Shown here: positions 31,069-46,445 of the stretch, one piece after another
Layout of the letters: each line of letters opens with the position of its first letter
How positions within the stretch are numbered: position 1 is the stretch's first letter
Assembly: GCA_964016885.1 (NCBI GenBank)
Contig: OZ024754.1
Span: forward strand, 10,478,001-10,542,000
Direction: 5' to 3'
DNA from: Eledone cirrhosa
Taxonomy: Eukaryota
Length of the DNA stretch: 64,000 nucleotides
Made by a program: the position numbers and the translations under genes
The notes under the pieces: model-generated
The model's input: only the letters and a program-made list of their open reading frames with translations
Told to the model about the DNA's origin: nothing
Database searches by the model: none

Positions 31069-31860
31069 TACTACCTAAATAAACTGGACTACCCTTTATA
31101 TTCCTATCAGTCAGAAGATACAATTGTACTACCTAAATAAACTGGACTACCCTTTATATCCCTATCAGTCAGAAGATACAATTGTACTACCTAAATAAAC
31201 TGGACTACCCTTTATATTCCTATCAGTCAGAAGATACAATTGTACTACCTAAATAAACTGGACTACCCTTTATATCCCTATCAGTCAGAAGATACAATTG
31301 TACTACCTAAATAAACTGGACTACCCTTTATATCCCTATCAGTCAGAAGATACAATTGTACTACCTAAATAAACTGGACTACCCTTTATATTCCTATCAG
31401 TCAGAAGATACAATTATACTACCTAAATAAACTGGACTACCCTTTATATTCCTATCAGTTAGAAGATACAATTGTACCACTTAACCCTTTAGCATTTAAA
31501 CCGGCCATATCCGGCCAGAATTCCCTCACCTCTTTCTGTTCAAACAGGCTGTAACCGGCCAGTCATACTGATGTCAACATATTGTCTCAAAATAAACAAT
31601 ATTAAAATCTCATAGATTTGATATGTGAGAAAATGATGTGAAATAAAGTGTTTACCATGAAAATACAAGAGTATATAGAGAGTAAAGTAGATGGTAAAAG
31701 GTTAAATAAACTGGACTGCCCTTTAGATTCCTCTGTCAGAAGATATAGTTGTACTACCTAAATAAACTGGACTGCCTTTTAGATTCCTCTGTCAGAAGAT
31801 GTAGTTGAACTACCTAAATAAACTGGAGTACCCTTTAGGTCCTTATCAATCAGAAGATAC
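31069..31860. repeat. 58-bp minisatellite (about 10 units) interrupted by a MITE
   Basis: Unit CTACCTAAATAAACTGGACTACCCTTTATATTCCTATCAGTCAGAAGATACAATTGTA. Confidence 0.9.
31481..31705 (+). mobile_element. piggyBac-type MITE family B
   Basis: TTAA duplicated at 31481 and 31702 within one minisatellite unit. Confidence 0.85.
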
Positions 31861-33361
31861 AAACATTCATTTTGCCTCTAATGTAGTAAAGTAAGTTTTC
31901 AACTAATAGCACCAAAACTAAAAAAAAATAAATAAATTTAAAAAAAAAAGAGAGAAACCAGTTACACCAGTCTATTATTAGTCCATAATTTATCAGTTAA
32001 TCCTTGCTTGTAAAAAGATTAATCTTCAGAAATTCTATTAGAATTTAATGTACAAGTTGAAGGAACTGATCAATACTAGTTGGCAGTGATTATCAGCTTG
32101 TGTATGAAATAATATTTTTTTAATAACTATTTAAGCCAGCAGAATTTTGATTGAGAGTTCTATATTAAAGAGTCCCAACAGGGTAGTATAAACACAGCAA
32201 TAACTGGAGCCAGTTTATAAAGTAATGTATAAACTAAAAATAAACAAATGTAACAAGTAAAGCTCTTGCAAGAGGAACTGTAAAAGCAAATATGATGGCT
32301 ACTACATCACTTCAGATGGGTGATACTGTAAATATGTTAAACAGTCATCTTGTGTTCTAACATCCATTATTTTTCTGACGGAACACCATAAGTACTAGAT
32401 ATAGCTGTACAATAAAACAATACATTGTTATTTTTTCCTCTCTTGTTTCAGCTTAGTCTTCTATATAATGTTAATAGCATCTTTCTTTCTTTCTTGAATA
32501 TGTTACAAAGGAACTTTGATATACAATTGCGTCTGTAAATCAGATTTGGAAAAATTGCTACATTCACAATAAATCACTGACCATTTTCCTATTGATTTGC
32601 TAAAAAGAAACTAGCATGACATACACTGCATTACAGAAACTGGCTTTGTAGCAGAGTTTTTAAAAAAAACTGTCAGGATGGAATTACATTTTTTCGTTTA
32701 GCTTTGTTTTTTCTGGGGATTTTATGACCACAAGTTAAGAATGGGTGGCCAATAAGAGAGGAAAAAGAGAGCAAACAATAATGTGAATTAAAAAATCATA
32801 TGTTATTTACAGAGAAATATAGCTAAGTGACAGCTTTAGTGTAGCTACAATAGCAATGCACTGCCAGTGCATACAAAATGGGCCCAGTAACAGTGACACT
32901 TGTATTAGTTTAACAAATGTCCCAGCCATCAGGTTGGTCATACAAAGCTGACATTCCAATGCAATTCTCAAGACAATGGCAAAGATAAAACATGCGGAAA
33001 ACTGAAGTGTTGGAAGAATGAAAATAGATTATTCTGAGAGAAATTGATAGGAAACATTTGGCCTGGGGAAAGAGAATATTGGTCAGGGAAAGATAAAACG
33101 AATGCAATTTGTTTAATACAACAGACTAAAAGTTCAAGATGGAAAATGTCTGGAAGCACAGAATAATGGCGTGCTGAGAAAACTTCATCCGAAAACTCAT
33201 GCAACTTAAATAAAATTCAGCTTTATGTAGAAGGACATAGATGTATCACACAGAGAAACACACACACACATATATATATATACACACACACAAACAAACA
33301 CACACGCAAATACATGTATAGATATACATATACACACACATACAGAAACACACAAACTCAC

Positions 33362-33408
<47 letters not shown>

Positions 33409-34264
33409 TTTGAAGCATTAGATAACGTAACATTTTTTTTGATTGACTCCATATCTATTTGGTCTGTTATATGCAGAAGTGCTCTACAAAAGATTTTAAT
33501 GAGTTATGACAATAAGTTGTCTTAGATATTTGTTGTTTTGAGTCATTAAGAACTTTCTAATAAATTAATTGATTTCAAGCGGATTATGGGGGAGGGGGAA
33601 GGGGGGTCGGTGGGAAGGGGCAGGGGGATGGTGATATATCAGAAAAATACTCTTTTGGTATTCAATAAAATTGCCAAACTCTACACATTAAAAGCCAGAC
33701 ATTTCTCAATAGCTGAGATTTGGATTTCAAGAACATTTTGCAGCACCACTTGTACTAAGAGAATCGGGAAACAATTCAGAAATAGCTACAAACATGGTTC
33801 TAAAAATATAAATAACTCTATTCTATTCCATTCTATTCTGCTGTATACTGTTACTCCAAGTGGAAATTATATTCTTGAATGCAAACATTATAATTACAAA
33901 CATTTTAAATGTTAAACAATTAGTGTTTAGAATTTAAAAAAGTGGATCAAATCCATTTCCTTTATTCCATTCATTCATTAATTTTCTGTCTTTCTTTCTT
34001 TATCGCATAAACATTTGTAGTAGAAGCAGAGGTTACTAATGTCAAACAGAATAGAAGGAAAACTCAATTTTAGGTGAGTGAAAAAGAGAGAAGCAGTGGG
34101 TAAGAGAATACAAGTATTGGTGTTAAGTAAGCAACTAGCTAGGAATAATGTTTAGGAACCGGAAAATGCCCAAAAATCAGATATTATGAAGAAGGATCAG
34201 CAGCCTAGAGTTTGATAAGGATGGTATGCAAGATTGGGAAGACACAATTGAACAAGACTCTTAC

Positions 34265-34309
34265 CGATTGGGATGGTTGGCAGAGATATCACTTGGACCT
34301 GCTTGAGGT
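34265..34309 (-). CDS. Candidate 45-nt exon
   Basis: Acceptor ttttattatttccAG and donor CG|GTAAGA; two open frames; no homology recognised. Confidence 0.15.
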
Positions 34310-35191
34310 CTGGAAATAATAAAATGTGCACATGTAACATACCGTATTCCTGGGACTTGCTCGAAGCAGAATAAACCAAGGGAATGGGAGAATAAATGAT
34401 AATAATAATAATAAATAATGATAATAATCATTAAAAAAAAATAATAATAATAATAATAAATAATAATAATAAAAAGAAAAAAAAATCTGAAAAACTAAAT
34501 TTAAAACACAAAACTGAAAAATCAAAATTGTAAATTAAAACTGCAAATAAAAAGTATAAACAAAAATAATTAAAAAAATAAAAATATAGTTTAGTTAAAA
34601 CTAAAAGGAATGAGTCCGTACCATAATTTAGTACGGTCTAGTCAATAACTAATTTGTTTTTGTTTTTTTATTAGAAGGGTAGGGAACTGTGGTTTAACTA
34701 TGTGTATAAATATTAAACATGCTTATATTATCAACATTGATTTCTCTATACAGAGAGAGGTTAAAACATTCTCCAGCAGATCATCTCTGTAGGAATTTAA
34801 ACATTTATATTCATTTCTTATGAGTTATGTAATATTTTACAATGTGTATTAAAGTATTTAGTGTGTTATTCTCATTCCAATCTTATATACACATATATAC
34901 ACCAGGTCCAAACACAAAAGAACCAAACTCCCACTGTCACTGCCTCCATCTCTCCCACTCTCTCCATCTCTCACTAATGTGAGCAAATGGGGTTCCACAC
35001 ACTGGCTACCCCACAACCCCAGCAGAGAGGGTAGAGAAGGCATTTCCCAGGAATTTCTACCACGGGTCTAATTAATTTCATCCTAACTAGTCCTCAAACT
35101 ATTTTTATTTGTGAATATTTTCCAACATCAACTCAACACATTCTTACTAGCATTCAATCATCCATTTTCATTACATTTTTATCTCCAACAA

Positions 35192-35685
35192 TACTTAGCA
35201 TTTAAACTGGCCATATCTCACCAAAATTCTCTCACCTTCTGTTCAAACTGGCTGAAACTGGCCACTCATACTGATGTTATTGTATTGTTCTCAAAATAAA
35301 CATCATCAAATCTCATAGATTCGATATCATGTGAAATAATTATGTGAGATAAAGGCTTTACCACAAAAATACAATAGTAAATATAGAGTAATGTAAATGT
35401 TATGCAAGATAAAGCCTTTACCACAAAAGTGCAATAGTATATCTCAAATAATGTAAATGCTATGCAAGATAATTATGTGAGTTAAAGCCTTTACCACAAT
35501 AGTATATATAGAGTAATGTAAATGCTATCTGAGATATTATGTGAGATAAAGCCTTTACCACAAAAATACAATAGTGTATGTAGAGTAATGTAAATGCTAT
35601 GTGAAATATCATGTGGGATAATTATGAAATAAAACCTTTATCACAAAAATGCAATAGTATATATAAAGTAATGCTAAAGGGTTAA
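35192..35685 (+). mobile_element. MITE family B with internal about 60-75-bp tandem duplications
   Basis: Family body; repeated GCCTTTACCACAAAAATACAATAGT...GTAATGTAAATG; right end AAAGGGTTAA. Confidence 0.75.
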
Positions 35686-36051
35686 GGTTAAGAAACAATG
35701 ACATATTTATACACACCTTTTTCCCTTTGTAAAGGAAACATATCCATATCGTACCCAGAAGGATTAGCTTATTTGTAATATATTTGTTTATTACATAGAC
35801 ATCAAACCTGAGATTTAGCAGAAATAGTTTAGAAGTCAGCTCAGTAATGCTTCTCAATAGACCACTACAGAAAGGTGAAGAGTCTGTGGAGATTGACAAT
35901 GCTTACTTGCCAACTGTTCATAACGACTACCTTGTCTTACTCATACAGTAACGCAGCAAAGAAAGGATGGCAATCATTGAATGTTGCAACAGAAGATAGT
36001 TGCAGCTGCTCTGGCTTGAAAGATCAGACTTTGTTGTTCATGAGAATAGAC

Positions 36052-36375
36052 TCATCCACAGTAATGGCTGCTCTACTGAACAGCAAGTTGATCCACAGTA
36101 ATGGCTGCTCTACTGAACTGCAAGTTGATCCACAGTATGGTAGCTGTTTTACTGAACAGCAAGTTGATCCACAGTATGGTAGCTGTTTTACTGAACAGCA
36201 AGTTGATCCACAGTGTGATAGCTGTTTTACTGAACAGCAAGTTGATCCACAGTGTGATAGCTGTTCTACTGAACAGCAAGTTGATCCACAGTGTGATAGC
36301 TGTTTTACTGAACAGCAAGTTGATCCACAGTGTGATAGCTGTTCTACTGAACAGCAAGTTGATCCACAGTATAGT
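36052..36375. repeat. 39-bp minisatellite, about 8 copies
   Basis: Unit TCCACAGTGTGATAGCTGTTTTACTGAACAGCAAGTTGA. Confidence 0.93.
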
Positions 36376-36984
36376 AAGTCTTACTGAAGAAAAGCCTACA
36401 AATGTTTGTGTCTCCACCCCTACCCCCACCCTCCTCTGCCAGTTTTTGTATATTAAAGAGCCAAACAATCCAATTCAATAATAATAATAACAATGATAAT
36501 AACAATAATAGGTTCATCCTCATCTTTGAGGTTAAACTTATTAGTTAAAAAATATTACAGTTAAGTCAAAACCATGATTACTTGTGACTTTGCTTTTGTA
36601 TGAGTGAACATTGGATAAGTATGTCTGTGTATGTTTGTATGTGTTGTAACAAATAATATATATTTTTCCATTATTTTTAAATTCCTTTATTTTATTTTTT
36701 TATTATTTTCATTCTCTCTCTCCCACTGTCATCCCTCCCTCCCCAATCTTCTGCAGGCTATAAAGAGAGATTCTCATCAAATGGTAACCCCATAGTCTAT
36801 TATTATATTGATTATAATCTCCACTGAATACTGTTTGTACATTGAATTTGATTGCTTGGCTTTTTAATATACAAAAACTGGTGGATGGTGGTGGTGGGGG
36901 GTGGGGGCTAAACATTTGCAGGTTTTTCTTCAGTAAGACTGCAAAAGAGACACTAGCAGGGATATTGCCTGCTCCTTCACATAC

Positions 36985-37442
36985 AATCACATACGCACAT
37001 ATACATAGAGACACATACACACACACACATACAGACACTTACACACATATATACACACACACACACATAGAGACACATACACACATACATACATAGAGAC
37101 ACATACGCACATATACTCACATATACATAGAGACACATACACACACACACATACAGACACTTACACACATATATACACACACACACACAGAGACACATAC
37201 ACACATACATAGAAACACACACACATATACACACATGCATACACACATATACACACACACACACATACATAGAGACACATACAGACACACATACATAGAG
37301 ACACATACGCACATATACTCACACATACATAGAGACACATACACACACACACATACAGACACTTACACACATATATACACACACACACACACAGAGACAC
37401 ATACACACATACATAGAAACACACACACATATACACACATGC

Positions 37443-37473
<31 letters not shown>

Positions 37474-37656
37474 TAGAGACACATACAGACACACATACAT
37501 AGAGACACATACGCACATATACTCACACATACATAGAGACACATACACACACACACATACAGACACTTACACACATATATACACACACACACACAGAGAC
37601 ACATACACACATACATAGAAACACACACACATATAGACACATGCATACACACATAT

Positions 37657-37687
<31 letters not shown>

Positions 37688-38100
37688 TACATAGAGACAC
37701 ATACAGACACACATACATAGAGACACATACGCACATATACTCACACATACATAGAGACACATACACACACAGACAAAGAGAGAGAGAGAGACATAATACA
37801 GACACAGAGACACATACACACAGACACAGAGAGAGAGAGAGAGACATACACACATACACACACACACACAGAGACACATACACAGAGAGAGAGATAGACA
37901 CACATACACACACAGAGACACATACACACAGAGAGAGAGACACACACATACACACACAGAGACACATACACACATACACACACACACATACAGAGAGAGA
38001 GAAAGACATATACACATACAGAGACACAGCGACACATACACACATACACACAGACACACAGACATACATACAGAGAGAGAGAGAGAGAGACAGACATACA
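36985..38100. repeat. Compound CA/GA microsatellite with about 200-bp higher-order period
   Basis: Recurrent CATACGCACATATACTCAC and CAGACACTTACAC landmarks. Confidence 0.85.
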
Positions 38101-38299
38101 CAAGATATTGAATAGGAGAATAGGTAATACATATTGAATCTGTAGACAAATGCAGTTTAAATCTTCAAGTTCAAAGTAGTTTGTATGGAATTGAGTTTGT
38201 AGTTATTTTATGTCAGACATTCCTCAAACGTAGAATCTCTGGGGTCTTTTTAAATATTTTGACCACTACTACATCTAACAAATTTTATATGAAACCCAT

Positions 38300-39277
38300 A
38301 CATAAACAGACACACATATATATACACACACACATATATGTATGTATGTTTATATATATATATATATATAAACATACATACATATATATATATAAATATA
38401 CATACATATATATATATAAGCATACATACATATATATATATAAGCATACATACATATATATATATATAAGCATACATACATATATATATATATAAGCATA
38501 CATACATATATATATATAAGCATACATACATATATATATATAAGCATACATATATATATAAGCACACATACATATATATATATAAGCACACATACATATA
38601 TATATATATAAGCACGCATACATATATATATATAAGTACACATACATATATATATATATAAGCACACATACATATATATATATATAAGCACATATATATA
38701 TATATATATAAAAACACACATACATATATATATATATAAACACACATACATATATATATATATAAACACACATACATATATAAACACACATACATATATA
38801 TATAAACACACATATATATATATAAACACACATATATATATATAAACACACATACATATATATATATATATAAACATACATACACATATATATAAACATA
38901 CATACACATATATATATACATATAAACACACATACAAATATATATATAAATATACATATATATATAAACACACATATATATATATATATATAAACATACA
39001 TACATATATATATAAACATACATACACATATATAAACATACATACACATATATATATATACATATAAACACACATATATATATATATAAACACACATATA
39101 TATATATATAAACACACACATAGATATATATAAACACACACATATAGATATATATAAACACACATACATATATATAAACACACATACATATATATAAACA
39201 CACATACATATATATATAAACACACATACATATAAACACACATACATATAAACACACATACAAATATATATATATAA

Positions 39278-39308
<31 letters not shown>

Positions 39309-39478
39309 AACACACATACAAATATATATATATAAACATACATATATATAAACACACATACATATATATGTATAAACACACATACAAATATATATATAAA
39401 CATACATATATATAAACTTACATACATATATATATAAAAAACATACATACATACATATATATAAACATACATACATAT

Positions 39479-39519
<41 letters not shown>

Positions 39520-39769
39520 AACATACATACATATATATATAAACATACATACAAATATATATATCATCATCATTTCATTTTACGTTCGCTTTTTCCCTGC
39601 TTGCAAGGGTGGGATGGAAACTGATGCTGGCTTGATTTCTACAGCTGGATGCCCTTCCTAACACCAACCTCATTTACAGTGAGTGCTGGGTGCTTTTTTG
39701 CCGTGGCACCTCCACAACCACTTTGCAGTGGAATGATACATATATATATATAAACATACATATATATAT

Positions 39770-39828
<59 letters not shown>

Positions 39829-39897
39829 AACATACATATATATATATATATATATAAACATACATATATATATATATATATAAACATACATATATAT

Positions 39898-39928
<31 letters not shown>

Positions 39929-40043
39929 AACATACATATATATATATAAACATACATATATATAAACATACATATATATATATATAAACATACATATATA
40001 TATAAACATACATACATATATAAATATATAAACATACATATAT

Positions 40044-40100
<57 letters not shown>

Positions 40101-40540
40101 AACATACATATATATATATAAACATACATATATATAAACATACATATATATATATATAAACATACATATATATATAAACATACATACATATATATAAACA
40201 TACATACATATATATAAACATACATACATATATATAAACATACATACATATATATATATAAACATACATACATATATATATATAAACATACATACATATA
40301 TATAAACATACATACATATATATAAACATACATACATATATATATATAAACATACATACATATATATAAACATACATATATATAAACATACATACATATA
40401 TATACATATAAACACATACATATATATACATATAAACACACATACATATACACACATATACATATATATATATACATATACACACATACATATTTATACA
40501 TATAAACACACATATATATATATATACATATAAACACACA
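38300..40540. repeat. (TA)n-AAACATAC compound microsatellite with a SINE-1 3' fragment (39563-39737, minus)
   Basis: Direct reading; fragment matches 3130-3310. Confidence 0.9.
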
Positions 40541-41063
40541 TATCTCCTTATAATATATAACCAGCAATTTCTCTGTTTGTCTGTGTCCGACAGTGGAAAC
40601 ACGTGCGCGCGTGCGAATGTTTTTTGCGCACGCGTAGAGAGAGAGTGAAAGAAAGAGACAGACTACAAAAGGGGGGTAGCGGGAGGGAGAGAGGGGAGAA
40701 CTGAGGAGTGCTACAGAAACATATATACATTTCTGTGTGTGTGTAATATATATATATATATACACACAGAAATATATATATATATACACACAGAAATATA
40801 TATATATACACACTGAAATATATATACATTTCTGTGTGTCTAATATATTATATATATATACACAGAAATATATATACATATTTCTGTGTGTGTAATATAT
40901 ATACACACACAGAAATATATATATATATACACACAGAAATATATATACATTTCTGTGTGTGTAATATATATATATAATTGTTTCTACTTTAGGCACAAGG
41001 CCAGCAATTACCCAGTGCATTACTGACTAGCAGAAAAGCAGCCGGTGGGGGGTTTTCTGCTAG

Positions 41064-41328
41064 TCTATATATATAAAAATTAAGATTTCTGTCTGTCTGT
41101 CTGTCTATGTAGTCGATGCATTTCCACAGTTTCCATCCGATTTTGTTCAAATTCGATACATATGTTATTTAGCTCCCGGAGCATAACAATATATACTTTA
41201 AATCTTTCTCTTCCCTAAAATAGCAGAGTTCTGGGGCTACTTAGAGACGACGGCCATGTTAAGGAGAGAGGGACTCTTTATTTAGAGTGGCTAAAGGTGT
41301 GCCCGGTAACGACAGGCTCTTTTGCAAG
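41064..41328 (+). mobile_element. Non-autonomous Helitron-like element
   Basis: 5' TCTATATATATAAAA..(GTCT)n, 3' hairpin GCCCGGTAACGACAGGC followed by degenerate CAAGT. Confidence 0.5.
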
Positions 41329-41333
41329 TATAT

Positions 41334-41366
<33 letters not shown>

Positions 41367-41468
41367 TATATACACACACACACACACACACATATACATA
41401 TATACACACACATACATATATACACACATATACATATACACACACACATATACACACACACACATATA

Positions 41469-41537
<69 letters not shown>

Positions 41538-41752
41538 TAAAAGGAACGATCGACTTTCGTCAAATCGGACCGAGGGAACAATGTTTCCGTTGGTCTTTCC
41601 AATTGCTAATACTATCTATCGGTCGCAACTCCAGGTAGAAGGAGCAACGTGAAATAAAGTGTCTTGCTGAAGGACATAACGCATCGCCTGGTCCAGGATT
41701 CGAACTCACAACCTTACGATTGCGAATCCAATTCTCTAACCACTCAGCTACA
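41538..41752 (-). mobile_element. tRNA/CORE-type SINE with a different 3' end
   Basis: Head GTAGCTGAGTGGTTAGAG...GAGTTCGAATCC, CORE-like CCTTCAGCAAGACACTTTATTTCAC. Confidence 0.7.
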
Positions 41753-41774
41753 CACATATATATATACATATATA

Positions 41775-42100
41775 TATTGTTATACTTTGGGAGGGTCATG
41801 TTGCCAATAAGAAACACACGCACCAGTTGCTTTCACTTCAATTTATTATAATAAATTTATAAATTTAGGAATTTACAAATTTCTGGTTGGTTGGTTGGTT
41901 CCACAACCAGATGATTGTTTATATATTGTCAAAGTTCTTTCGTCACACATTCTGTGACCTCTTCAGTGACTGGGGATTCTTTTCTTTGTTTTTGTGCCTC
42001 TCCTTTGTTCTGTCCTACGCCATCTTGTTTTTGTGTGTGTTGTGTGCTTAATTTGCGCATGTGTTACATCCAGGTGTTTGTGTGTTTATATTTGTTTATT
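41775..42100 (-). mobile_element. pLTR-like fragment of the same PLE family as 16278-17075
   Basis: Shared terminus TATTGTTATA(T/C)TT(G/T)GGGAGGGTCAT and homologous hammerhead. Confidence 0.65.
41928..41970 (-). ncRNA. Minimal type I hammerhead motif
   Basis: GUCA-CUGAAGA-G-GUCACA-gaaug-UGUGAC-GAAA-GAAC-UU-UGAC. Confidence 0.75.
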
Positions 42101-42152
42101 TACATACTTATATATATGTGTGTGTGAGTATATATATATATATATATGGGTG

Positions 42153-42201
<49 letters not shown>

Positions 42202-42329
42202 TCGCATGCGTGCGTGTGATTAGATGTACATGTATGTATATATATATGTGCTTCGTGTGTATGTATGTTCGATTTTGTATGTATGTACGCATGTATGTGC
42301 TTTTGTCTGTACGCATTTATATATATATT

Positions 42330-42360
<31 letters not shown>

Positions 42361-42961
42361 ACGAACCTATGTATGTTTTCTATTTTTTCTAGTGTTACTT
42401 TATAATTGATAACCCCTCCCTCTTACTTTCCCTTTGATTTAATTTTTTTATTCTCATATATTTTTTCATATTTTATATTTTTTATATATGTATCGACCTT
42501 CAGCCTGACACTGTTTTGACTGATACACTCCCTTCCCTGTATATATCACTTGCATGTATGTGGTTGCGCGTGTGTGTGTTTATATGCGTGTTTTCATGCT
42601 TCTATGTGTGTATATATTTCAATCCTTAGTCCCTGAGTATGTATGTACGTACGTTAACTCTATTATCTTACAATTTCTTTTTTCAACATATATTAAACAC
42701 GTATTTGTGGTCACACACTGATATGCTTGCCCTCATGTATGTACTTATGCACACATTTTTTTCACTATACACATGCATTTGTACATACACACATATATAC
42801 ATTTGTAGGTGCATATACACATTTATACACATACCCTTACTATATTTCCTTATTTTATTTTTATATCTCATGCATTACTTTTATTTATATATTTTTTTTG
42901 CCCGCTAAGCTTTTGCCTTTCTTGGGGAGATTTTTCAAATATTTCACTGTTTTAAATTGCC

Positions 42962-43032
42962 TTGTCTGACGAACGAATGAGGACGTTTCTTGTATTCGTC
43001 TTATTCGGGAAACCTCTGGTAATGAGGTAATT
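42962..43032 (+). ncRNA. Hammerhead motif with long stem II and true stem III
   Basis: CUGACGA-A-CGAAUGAGGACG-loop-CGUCUUAUUCG-G-GAAA-CCUC-ugguaau-GAGG-UA; stem I poor; about 20 nt from a pure (TA)n run. Confidence 0.65.
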
Positions 43033-43046
43033 ATATTGTATTGTTT

Positions 43047-43195
<149 letters not shown>

Positions 43196-43529
43196 GGAGG
43201 CACATGGCTTAGTGGTTAGAGCATGGCCTTGCAATCGAAAGGTTGTGAGTTCAATTCTCAGACCGGATGATGTGTTGTTTCCTTGAGCAAGACACTTTAT
43301 TTCACATTGCTCCAGTTTACTCAGCTGTAGAAATGAGATGATAGGGACTGGGGTCCATATCATTCCACTGCAAAGTGGTCGTGGAGGTGCCACGGCAAAA
43401 AAAGCACCTAGCACTCACTGTAAATGAGGTTGGTGTTAGGATGGGCATCCAGCTGTAGAAATCAACCCAGCATCAGTTCCCGTCCCACCCTTGCAAGCAG
43501 GGAAAAGCGGACATAAAATGAAATGATGA
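43196..43529 (+). mobile_element. Full-length SINE family 1
   Basis: Near-identical to 2965-3310; preceded by a pure (TA)n run 43052-43193. Confidence 0.85.
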
Positions 43530-44048
43530 AGGATATATATATATATATATAGATATATATGCTTATATATATATAGATATATAACATGCCCACTCAGAGT
43601 AAAGGTTACAGTTTAGGAAGTCAAGTTGCAATATTTGTATAGGCACTGATAGACAGAGCAAGTAACAATGAAAAGGTCAGCAAAATAATGTGGTTTATGT
43701 AGTTGTTGCAGTTGTGCTTGCTTTTGTTGTGGTGGTGGTTTTTACTGTTGTTGTTGTTGTGGTGGTAGCAGTGGTTACTGTTCTTGTGGTAGTTGCTGCT
43801 GTTGTGGTGGTTGTGTTGGTTCCTCTGGTAGTTATTTTGGTTGCTGTTCTTGTGGTTGTGGTGGTAGTTGCTGTGTTGGGTGCTATTGTTGTGGTTGTTG
43901 TTGTTGTGGTGGTGGTTATTTATTTTTTTTTTATTTTTTTTAGTGTAGAAATGTTTTTTTTATATCTAAATAGTTCTTCAGAGCATTGCTGTCTCTTGAG
44001 TTTGTGGAATACTGCCATCGACCGCTAGCATTATCTTGATTAAAGAGT

Positions 44049-44093
<45 letters not shown>

Positions 44094-45549
44094 GCGCGCG
44101 CGCGTGCACACAAGCTGCATGAGAGAATACATGCATGTGTATTTTGTATATAAATATGTAAAGCTTGCAAACTCGGGAGAATATATTAATGGGGCGTGGG
44201 AATATAGAGACAACAATATATAAGGATAAAGATGTATAAGTAGAGAGAAATATATATATAGTTAGAGAGGGAGGGGGGGAGAAAAATATATACATACATA
44301 TAGTTATAGAGAGAGAGAGAGTTATATACATATACATAGAGAGAGGGGGGGAGAAAAATATATACATACATATAGTTAGAGAGAGAGAGAGAGAGAGAGT
44401 TATATATATACATAGAGAGAGACAGATAGAGATTGTATGTGTAAGTGTAAGTGTGTGTGTGTGTATAAATGGTATAGTATGAAGGTGAGAGAGGGAGAAA
44501 AATGAGCAATAAGGTGCAAGAGGGTGAGAGAGAGAAGAGTGAGAGAAGAGTGAGAGAGAAAGACAAAGGTGAGGGAATATGTATGATGTTTGTGTAGAAG
44601 TTGAGTGTAAGAGAGAGAGACTGCGTGAGATGTGATTGAAAAAAAATACAAAGATGGAGAAGGAAAGATGGAGAATATAGATAGGGAAATGAGAAAGATT
44701 GTGAAATAGACAAAAAAAAAGAAACAGAGAAGTCTTCATCAAATGTCTTCATGGAACCCATTTTAAAATAGATATAAAAAAAACATGGCATAAAGAAAGG
44801 AAAAGAAAAACAAGTGATTCCAAAATACAGTGCATATATCATCAGGTTTGGTGAACCAAAAAAAAAAAAAAAGAAAAAAAAACTTTTTAAGTGTCAACTT
44901 CAATACTTGATGTATTTATAGACAAAAATAAACAATGATGATATTGTGTGGGCAACTAGAGGTAGGGTGGGAGATGGAAGAAGATTGAGAGAGGGAGAGA
45001 TGAGCCATGGTCAGAGTATAATCATAATCTGTGGCCCAGTATTGTTAAAGAGGACCGCACAACAAACACTTCCTTTTCATGCTGTTATGACCTCTTCAAA
45101 CTGCCATTTCCCTCTGCAAATTTGGGCGAGAAGTGCATCCTGCCAGAGGATGAAGTCCCATGAGGTAGAGTGGCTGATGCAGCAGGTGTTGCTGGCTGTT
45201 CTCTGTGCCAACAATACCTTTTCCATATCTCCCCAGGGTGCAGTTGAGATATACTACCTAGACTGGGGTGTAGAGTCTGCCACTCACCACCCATTCCCTT
45301 AATTTCGCTGCTATTTCATTTTTTTTTTTTTTTTTTTTTTTTGTAAAATATGCAAACGCTAAGTTAAATATACTTCTAGAATAAATTTCATCATAGTTGG
45401 CCATAATTCTGAAACTGCTTCTGAAACAGTGGGTGTGGGTATGACTAACTACATCAGAATCTACATATTTATATGTTCCAGTTTGGCATGGTTTCTACAG
45501 ATTGTGTTTGTGAAATTAACTTGTAAGTGGTTGAGCATTCCCCAGAGAC

Positions 45550-46033
45550 ATGTACCCTATATTTACTATTATATTTTCACAGTAAAGGCTTTACTGCACA
45601 TAATATCTCACATAACATTCACATTACTCTATATATGCTATTGTATTTTCACAGTAAAGGCTTTACCTCACATAATATCTCACATAACATTTACATTACT
45701 CTATATATGCTATTATATTTTCACAGTAAAGGCTTTACTTCACATAATATCTCACATAACATTTACATTACTCTATATTTACTATTGTATTTTCACAGTA
45801 AAGGCTTTACCTCACATAATATCTCACATAACATTTACATTACTCTATATTTACTATTGTATTTTCATGGTAAAATGCTTTACCTCATAATATCTCACAT
45901 AATATGAGATTTTGATGTTATTTATTTAAGAATACCTTAACATCAGTAGAAGCAGGTGGTTACAGCCGGTTTGAACAGAAAGAGGTGAGAAAATTCTGGC
46001 CAGATGTGGCTGGTTTAAATACTAAAGGGTTAA
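45550..46033 (-). mobile_element. MITE family B with internal about 63-bp tandem duplications
   Basis: Four to five repeats of TTTTCACAGTAAAGGCTTTAC..CACATAATATCTCACATAACATTTACATTACTCTATAT; end AAAGGGTTAA. Confidence 0.8.
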
Positions 46034-46407
46034 AAGTTTTAGTCAATACAGATGTTTTCTCTTAGCTTGATACTGTTTTCTACAACAGGACACTTCTGCC
46101 TGTTGTATATTTAAAAGGTTGTCTCTATTTCCTAACTCCTACACTCTCACTCACTTATATAATCACTCGAAATAAGAAAAGGAAATAACAATGGATAGCT
46201 GCTCACTACAATTGCTAAATGTTGGTATATATATATCATCATCATCATCATCATCGTTTAACATCCATGTTCCACGCTTGCATGGGTTTGGATGGGAGTT
46301 TTCCCACTTGAGGCAAGAGTGTTTGTCTTGCTCGCATAGGACTGTCTGGTGGGTTTTCTACAGCTGGATGCCCTTCCAAACACCAACCACATTTACAGTG
46401 TGTATAT

Positions 46408-46445
<38 letters not shown>

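Noticed and set aside
43690-44028. Valine-rich membrane-protein-like ORF
   Set aside because: Degenerate (GTT/GGT)n trinucleotide repeat.
44946-45302. GC-richer 118-aa ORF
   Set aside because: No recognisable domain; at most a faint decayed transposase-like frame on the minus strand.
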